Below, piece by piece: positions 58,689-64,000 of a stretch of DNA of 64,000 bases. Every line of letters begins with the position of its first letter. Within the stretch, counting starts at the first letter, position 1. The stretch spans positions 1,538,048 through 1,602,047 of the forward strand of contig CAWCGT010000001.1 in the NCBI GenBank assembly GCA_963795165.1, given 5' to 3'. The DNA comes from an uncultured Microthrixaceae bacterium. GTDB taxonomy: Bacteria; Actinomycetota; Acidimicrobiia; Acidimicrobiales; VFJN01. The position numbers were made by a program, and so were the translations under genes. The notes under the pieces are model-generated. The model ran no database searches and had not been told where the DNA came from. It worked only from the letters and a program-made list of their open reading frames with translations.

Positions 58689-59717
58689 ATGGCAGGAGGA
58701 GGACACGGGACCAAGGCGGTCGTCGCCGCGCTGCTCGCCAACGCCGGGATCGCCGTCGCCAAGTTCGTGGGCTTCGTGATCACCGGATCGGCGTCGATGC
58801 TGGCGGAGTCGATCCACTCCGTCGCCGACTCCGGCAACCAGGGCCTGCTGCTGCTCGGCGGGCGGCGAGCCCGGCGGGCGGCCAGCGAGGCCCATCCCTT
58901 CGGCTACGGCCGGGAGCGCTACTTCTGGGCCTTCGTGGTGGCCATGGTGCTCTTCAGCCTCGGCGGAGCCTTCGCCATCTTCGAGGGCATCGAGAAGATC
59001 CGCCACCCGCACGAGATCGAGTCGGCCGGGATCGCCATCGGCATCCTGGCGGTGGCCTGCCTCCTCGAGGCGCTCTCCTTCCGCACCGCCATCGTCGAGT
59101 CCAGGAAGGTGAAGGGCGACTCGAGCTGGTGGCAGTTCGTGCGCCGGTCGAAGAACCCCGAGCTGCCCGTCGTGCTGCTGGAGGACCTCGGTGCCATGTT
59201 GGGCCTCCTCATCGCCCTCGGTGCCGTGATCACCTCACTGGCCACGGACAACGCCGGTCTACGACGGCGTACGGCACGCTGTCGATCGGCGTGCTGCTCA
59301 CGCTGATCGCCATCGTCCTGGCGGTGGAGATGAAGAGCCTCCTCATCGGCGAGTCGGCCGACCGCAAGGTGCTGGAGACCATCCGCTCGGCGGTGGAGAT
59401 CGAGCCCGCCGTGGAGCGGCTGATCCACGTGCGCACCCAGCACCTCGGTCCCGAGGAGCTGCTTGATCGGGGCCAAGGTGAGCTTCCTCGGAAGCCTCTC
59501 GGTGACGGAGCTCGCGGAGGCTGTCAATCGGGTGGAGGCCAACGTGCGACGTGGAGTTCCCGCCGCCGGGATCATGTACATCGAACCCGACGTCATGGGC
59601 ACGGACCTGCCCGGCGACCCCTTCGTCCCCGACCTGCCCGACGACCACCCGGCCGCTGAGCCCCACCCGGAGCCGGCCCCCCGCCGCCGGCGGGTGCTGC
59701 GCGCCAACGCCGACTGA
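58689..59717 (+). pseudogene. cation diffusion facilitator (CDF) transporter, three +1 breaks (~59256, ~59271, ~59461)
   Basis: Track ORFs 58689..59306 (GSASMLAESIHSVADSGNQ...SLATDNA), a 5-codon stretch VYDGV, 58679..59659 (GTLSIGVLLTLIAIVLAVEM...HLGPEEL) and 59463..59717 (LIGAKVSFLGS...). Confidence 0.8.
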
Positions 59718-59727
59718 GCCAGCCGAG

Positions 59728-60096
59728 ATGCCCGCGGACGCCGGAGCCCGAGCCCAGCTCGAGGCCCTCGGCGCCCTCATCCGGACCCAGCGCAAGCAGG
59801 CCGAGCTGACGCTGCGGGAGCTGGCCGCTCGCGCCAACGTCTCGAACCCGTACCTCTCGCAGATCGAGCGAGGCCTGCACGAGCCATCGGTGCGAGTCCT
59901 CAAGGCGATCGCCGGCGCCCTCAACCTGTCCGCCGAGTCCCTCCTCGTGCAGGCGGGGGTGCTCGAGGGGGAGCCGGGCGCCGAGCCGCCGGTGACGGTG
60001 GAGCAGGCGGTGCGGGCCGACCCGAAGCTGACCGCCGACCAGCGGGCCGCTCTCCTCAGCGTGTACCGGAGCTTCGTCGACGACCCTGGTCACTGA
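59728..60096 (+). CDS. XRE-family helix-turn-helix transcriptional regulator
   Basis: ATG 59728 within track ORF 59551..60096; 122 aa. HTH LTLRELAARANVSNPYLSQIERG. Confidence 0.75.
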   Translation: MPADAGARAQLEALGALIRTQRKQAELTLRELAARANVSNPYLSQIERGLHEPSVRVLKAIAGALNLSAESLLVQAGVLEGEPGAEPPVTVEQAVRADPKLTADQRAALLSVYRSFVDDPGH

Positions 60097-60110
60097 CCCC
60101 GGGCGACGCG

Positions 60111-60148
60111 GACGAGCGGTGCCCTTGGGGGGAAGGGCACCGCTCGTC
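60111..60148. terminator. perfect 16-bp stem / 6-nt loop hairpin between convergent genes
   Basis: GACGAGCGGTGCCCTT-GGGGGG-AAGGGCACCGCTCGTC, 15 nt after the XRE stop. Confidence 0.5.
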
Positions 60149-60175
60149 GTCGCTCGAACCCCAGTGGGGCCGGCG

Positions 60176-60200
60176 GCAGGGGCCGGGGGGTGGCCCCTGC
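60176..60200. terminator. 9-bp stem hairpin just downstream of the minus-strand gene 60205-60507
   Basis: GCAGGGGCC-GGGGGGT-GGCCCCTGC, ending 5 nt from the stop codon complement at 60205-60207. Confidence 0.35.
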
Positions 60201-60204
60201 GAGC

Positions 60205-60507
60205 TCAGGCGGCCTTGGCGGCCTTGACGACCTTCTTCGGCTTGAAGCCGGCCACGGGGGCCACCGTCTCGAGGACGGCGGTCACGATGGCGGTGTTGGC
60301 GTCGATCAGCTTCTTGGCGAAGGCGACCTGCGACTCCACGACCTCGATCGGGGTGGGGAGGCTGGCGGGGTAGGTCACCTCGGGGAGGCGGTCCTCGACC
60401 AGCTCGACGCCCTTGGCGACGTAGTCGACCACGGGGGCCTTGGCGCTCTTCACGAAGTCGATGATCTGGTCCTCGTAGCCGACGACCGTGCTCAGGATGG
60501 TGCTCAT
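60205..60507 (-). CDS. hypothetical small protein with Lys/Ala-rich C-terminus
   Basis: ATG 60507 (MSTILSTVVGYEDQIIDFVK...KPKKVVKAAKAA) within track ORF 60205..60555(-), with a GGAG-like RBS upstream. No family recognised. Confidence 0.5.
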   Translation of the reverse strand: MSTILSTVVGYEDQIIDFVKSAKAPVVDYVAKGVELVEDRLPEVTYPASLPTPIEVVESQVAFAKKLIDANTAIVTAVLETVAPVAGFKPKKVVKAAKAA

Positions 60508-60545
60508 GGGGGGATGCTCCAGGGGGTTGGGAATGTCGCTAACTA

Positions 60546-60574
60546 TATCTAGCACTTGCTAGATAGAGCAAGTG
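60546..60574. promoter_or_regulatory. two overlapping palindromes in an AT-rich patch upstream of the peroxiredoxin gene
   Basis: TATCTAGCA-CT-TGCTAGATA (60546-60565, perfect 9-bp arms) overlaps CACTTGCT-AGATAG-AGCAAGTG (60553-60574, perfect 8-bp arms). Local GC is far below the window average. The site lies between divergent genes 60507(-) and 60648(+). Confidence 0.4.
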
Positions 60575-60647
60575 GCATGGGTCACATCGCAAATCCCGAC
60601 CCCATCGACTAGGGTTTCGCCGACCGACGCACACGGAGGACGACGAC

Positions 60648-61280
60648 ATGGCCATCCGCCTGGGAGACGAAGCTCCCGACTTCACCGCCGACAGCACCGA
60701 CGGCAAGATCAGCTTCCACGCCTGGAAGGGCGACAGCTGGGCCGTGCTGTTCAGCCACCCCCGCGACTTCACCCCGGTCTGCACCACCGAGCTGGGACGG
60801 GTGGCCGCCCTCAAGCCGGAGTTCGACAAGCGGGACGTCAAGGTGGTGGGCCTGTCCGTGGACGGCGTGGCGGACCACGAGCGCTGGAGCCAGGACATCA
60901 CCGACGTCACCGGCTCGTCGCTCAACTTCCCGCTGCTGGCCGACCCCGACCGCACGGTGGCTGACCTCTACGACATGATCCACCCGCAGGCCGACGACAC
61001 CCTCACCGTGCGGTCGGTGTTCGTGATCGATCCCGACAACAAGGTGAAGCTCACGCTCACCTACCCGGCGTCCACCGGGCGGAACTTCGACGAGCTGCTG
61101 CGGGTCATCGACTCCCTCCAGCTCACGGCCAAGCACAAGGTGGCCACCCCATCGGACTGGAAGCAGGGCGACGACGTGATCATCGTGGCCGCCCTCTCCG
61201 ACGAGGACGCCAAGGCGGCCTTCCCCGATGGATGGGACACCAAGAAGCCCTACCTGCGGGTGGTCAAGCAGCCCACCTGA
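60648..61280 (+). CDS. 1-Cys peroxiredoxin (Prx6-like, AhpC/TSA family)
   Basis: 210 aa. Peroxidatic motif FSHPRDFTPVCTTE. No resolving Cys in the usual 2-Cys position. Confidence 0.9.
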   Translation: MAIRLGDEAPDFTADSTDGKISFHAWKGDSWAVLFSHPRDFTPVCTTELGRVAALKPEFDKRDVKVVGLSVDGVADHERWSQDITDVTGSSLNFPLLADPDRTVADLYDMIHPQADDTLTVRSVFVIDPDNKVKLTLTYPASTGRNFDELLRVIDSLQLTAKHKVATPSDWKQGDDVIIVAALSDEDAKAAFPDGWDTKKPYLRVVKQPT

Positions 61281-61292
61281 CCCTGGGATCCC

Positions 61293-64000
61293 TCACGCGG
61301 GGACGCCCACGGCCAGGGCGTACGCCTGCCGCCATCCGGTACGGCTGAGGCCGAGCTCCTCCAACCGGGCCTCGGCCTCGGTGTGGCGGGCCGCGGCGTC
61401 GGGACCTCCCGCGAGCGGCTGCCGCCGTGGCACCGGCCAACCGGACCAGGGCCTGGGACACCCGGTCCTCGGTGGCGTCGGCGGCTGCCGTCACCTGGTC
61501 GAGGGCGGCAAGCGCCGCGGCCACGTCGTCGCCCCGCGCCAGGGCCAGCCCTCGGGCGATCCCGGCCGTGATCTTGTCGAGGTAGGTGGCCCGCTCGGAG
61601 GCATCGACCTCGTCGGCCTCGCGAAGCGCGGTCGTCCACCTCACCGGCCGCCGCGTGGGCGAGAGCCAGCGCCGAGTGCAGGTTCGGGTCGATGGGGGCG
61701 TGGCGGGAGTCGAGCGCTGCCAGCACCTCGACGGCCCCGGCCACGTCACCGATCTGGAGGCGGTGCAGACCCAGCCCCGTGACGCGCTCGGTGTCGCCGA
61801 CGGTGAGGTCGTCGGCCGTAACCGCCTCCGGACGGGGACCAGCCGCGAGCAGCCGTTCGCTGCGCTCCACGTCGCCCACCTGCACGGTGGCACCGAGGCC
61901 CCCCATGACCGACACGAGGTACTCGCGATCGGACAGGGGCACGGTCGGAGTCGCGGCCGACGCTGGCCACCGTCTCCAGGCCCTCGTCGATGTGGCCCGC
62001 CAGGACGAGGGCGCGGCCCAGGACCGCGGCGCTCTGGGCCCGTCCGAAGTCGTCGTCGATCGACTCGAAGAGCTCGATGGGCCTCCCGGAGCCGCTCGAT
62101 GGCGCTGCGGGTGTGCCCGGTCCACAGCCGGACGGAGCCGGCCAGGACGTACATCATCCCGAGCGCCCACCGGTCGCCGCCCCGGCGCTCGCCGGCGAGG
62201 ACGGCCTCGGCCATCTCCCCGGCCTCCTCGGCGTGGCCCTGCTGGAACCGGGTCCAGGCCAGGAGGCCGTGCGCCCAGCGCAGGCCGCCGGGGTCGCCGA
62301 GCTCCTCGAAGGTGGCGGCGGCCCGACGCAGCAACCCCTCGGCCTCTTCGGCCCGCCCGGAGTAGAAGGCGCACCAGGCCAGGTTCTGGAGGGCCCACGC
62401 CACGCCCCGCCGATCGTCGAGCTGCCTCGAACCGGGCCCGGGCCTCCTCGAGCAGCTCGGTGGCGACGTCGTACTCGTGGCGGAGCAGGGCGCCGAAGCC
62501 GCGCAGCCGGAGCACCTCTGCCGCACCCGAAGGATCGTGGAGGGAATCGAGCACGTCGGCCGCCTCGGCCAGCACCGCCTCCGATGCCGGCCACGCCGAC
62601 TCCTTCTGCTCGATCTCCGCCAGCACCAGCAGCGCTCGGGCCAGGTCGGCTTGGCCCTCGCCCCCTGCTGCACGGCTCGCCGCCACCGCAGCCTCGGCGT
62701 CGACCCGAGCCGCCTTCAGGTCTCGAAGACCGGCCAGGGCCCGCGCCCGACCGGCGAGGAAGGCCCGGCGAAGCGGGCCTCGGTCCTCTCCGATCAGCGC
62801 CAGGCCCTCGCTGTAGAGCTGCTCCGCCACCATCGGGATCTCGGCCTGGTTGGCGCGTGCGGCGGCCCGCTCCAGCCAGTGCAGCGCCCGCTCGTCGAGG
62901 TCGGGTGGGAGGCCCTCCACCGCGCCGAGCTCGCGTAGCAGCTCGGCGGCGCGCACGTAGTGGTAGGTGATCCGATCCGTGACGTGGTCCCGATCGAGGT
63001 CTTCGTGCTCCTCCATCCAGGCGGCGATGCCGGCGTGCGAACGGGCCCGGTCCGACTTGGTGAGCGTGCCGTAGGCGACCTCACGGACGAGGTCGGAGCG
63101 GAACGTCCACTTCTCCGCCTCCCCTGCGCCGCTCAAGACGAGGAGGTCCTTCTCCTGCAGCGCCTCGAGGATCGGGCGCACGTCCTCCACCCCGAGGCGC
63201 TTGCTGGCCATCACCACGATGGCCATGAGCGGGCCGCGTCGGCCGAGCACCGCACAGCCCTCGAGGACGCGCCGCTCGTCGTCGGTGAGGCCATCGAGCC
63301 GGGCGGCTACCAGCCCGCGGAGGGTGTCGGGCAGCTCGACCCGACCGTGCAGCGGGACGACGGCACCCTCGCCGCCGACCATGCCAGCCTCCGCCAGGAG
63401 GGTGACGAGCTCCTCCATGAAGAACGGGTTGCCCCCGCTGCGGTCGAGGAGCGCTCGGGCCAGCTCGTCGCCCAGATCCTCGCCGGCCAGCACTGCGAGG
63501 AGCTCGGCGGCGGAGTCGGTGGTGAGGCTGTCCACCGTCAGCACCACCAGGTTGTGGCGACCGTGCGGCGGGTGCCACCGCTCGTCCATCGGCTGGCGGG
63601 CGGTGGCCAAGACGACGAACCGACGGCTGGACAGGCGGTCGAGGAGCGTGTCGACCAGCTCCAGGACCAGGTCGTCGGCCCAGTGGAGGTCGGACAGGAC
63701 CACCACCACCGGACGGTGCTGCGAGAAGCGGTCGGCGTAGGTGATGACCGCCTCGGTGGCCTCCTCGCGCGCCCGCGCCGGGTCGATCCCGCGCAGCTCG
63801 CTCTCGTAGCCCATGAGGAAGAGGAGGCCCTGGTGGACCCGCTCGATCTCTGCCTCCGACGCTCCCTCGCCCAACGCGGTGGCCACGGAGGAGCGGGCGA
63901 GGTCGATCGCCACGTCGGCGGGATCGCTCGACCGGATGCCGGCGCCGTGGCGAAGGGCGTCGGCCACGGGCCACCACACGTTGGCCTCGCCGTAGGGCAC
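61293..64000 (-). pseudogene. large STAND-type ATPase / TPR-repeat regulatory protein, 5-prime end outside window, five +1 breaks (~62426, ~62083, ~61957, ~61630, ~61407)
   Basis: Track ORF 61250..64000(-) is open to the window edge. It carries the Walker-B-like VVVLSDLHWADD and a helical/TPR region. The C-terminal 1.1 kb cycles through three phases (...ELLEEARARFE / QLDDRRGVAWALQNLAW... / PIELFESIDDDFGRAQS... / ATPTVPLSDREYL... / ALREADEVDASERATYL... / GPDAAARHTEAEARLEELGLSRTGWRQAYALAVGVPA*). The stop is at 61293-61295. Confidence 0.7.

Overview
This is a high-GC (about 70%) actinobacterial-type chromosomal segment with about 70 tightly packed genes, two tRNAs and no rRNA, CRISPR array, transposase or integrase. 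Content by position: 0.1-12.1 kb is a lipid/acyl-CoA catabolic block (SCP-x thiolase + DUF35, enoyl-CoA hydratases, SDR, acyl-CoA dehydrogenase + kinase pair, two LLM oxidoreductases), interrupted by a DUF222/HNH gene. 12.1-19.6 kb holds tRNA-Ala and a conserved actinobacterial neighbourhood (three-TM membrane protein, moaC, moaA, moeA, galU, plsY, FmdB zinc ribbon, SAF protein, uppP). 19.6-34.3 kb holds pmbA/tldD, envelope and lipid genes, a class III adenylate cyclase, dxs and an NfuA-like protein. 34.3-39.2 kb is an SDR/amidohydrolase/P450/ferredoxin block. 39.2-42.7 kb is a cyclic-nucleotide module (M50 protease with two cNMP domains, DUF2180, an unannotated small ORF behind a CRP-like box, and a Crp/Fnr regulator). 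42.7-47.4 kb is a scarred region ending at tRNA-Arg. 47.4-50.6 kb is a TetR-linked pair of di-iron enzymes. 50.6-64 kb holds a HerA-like ATPase, an LPXTG protein, DUF4012, a second P450, an acyl-CoA synthetase, a CDF transporter, a peroxiredoxin and a partial STAND ATPase/TPR gene. The most striking sequence-level observation is 34 reading-frame breaks in 14 conserved genes. All are in the +1 direction and confined to five patches, which looks technical rather than biological. The best candidates for new biology are the cAMP-linked protease/small-protein module, the di-iron cluster, and the palindromic repeat clusters flanking moeA. All family calls are by-eye motif recognition on the supplied translations; no searches were run.
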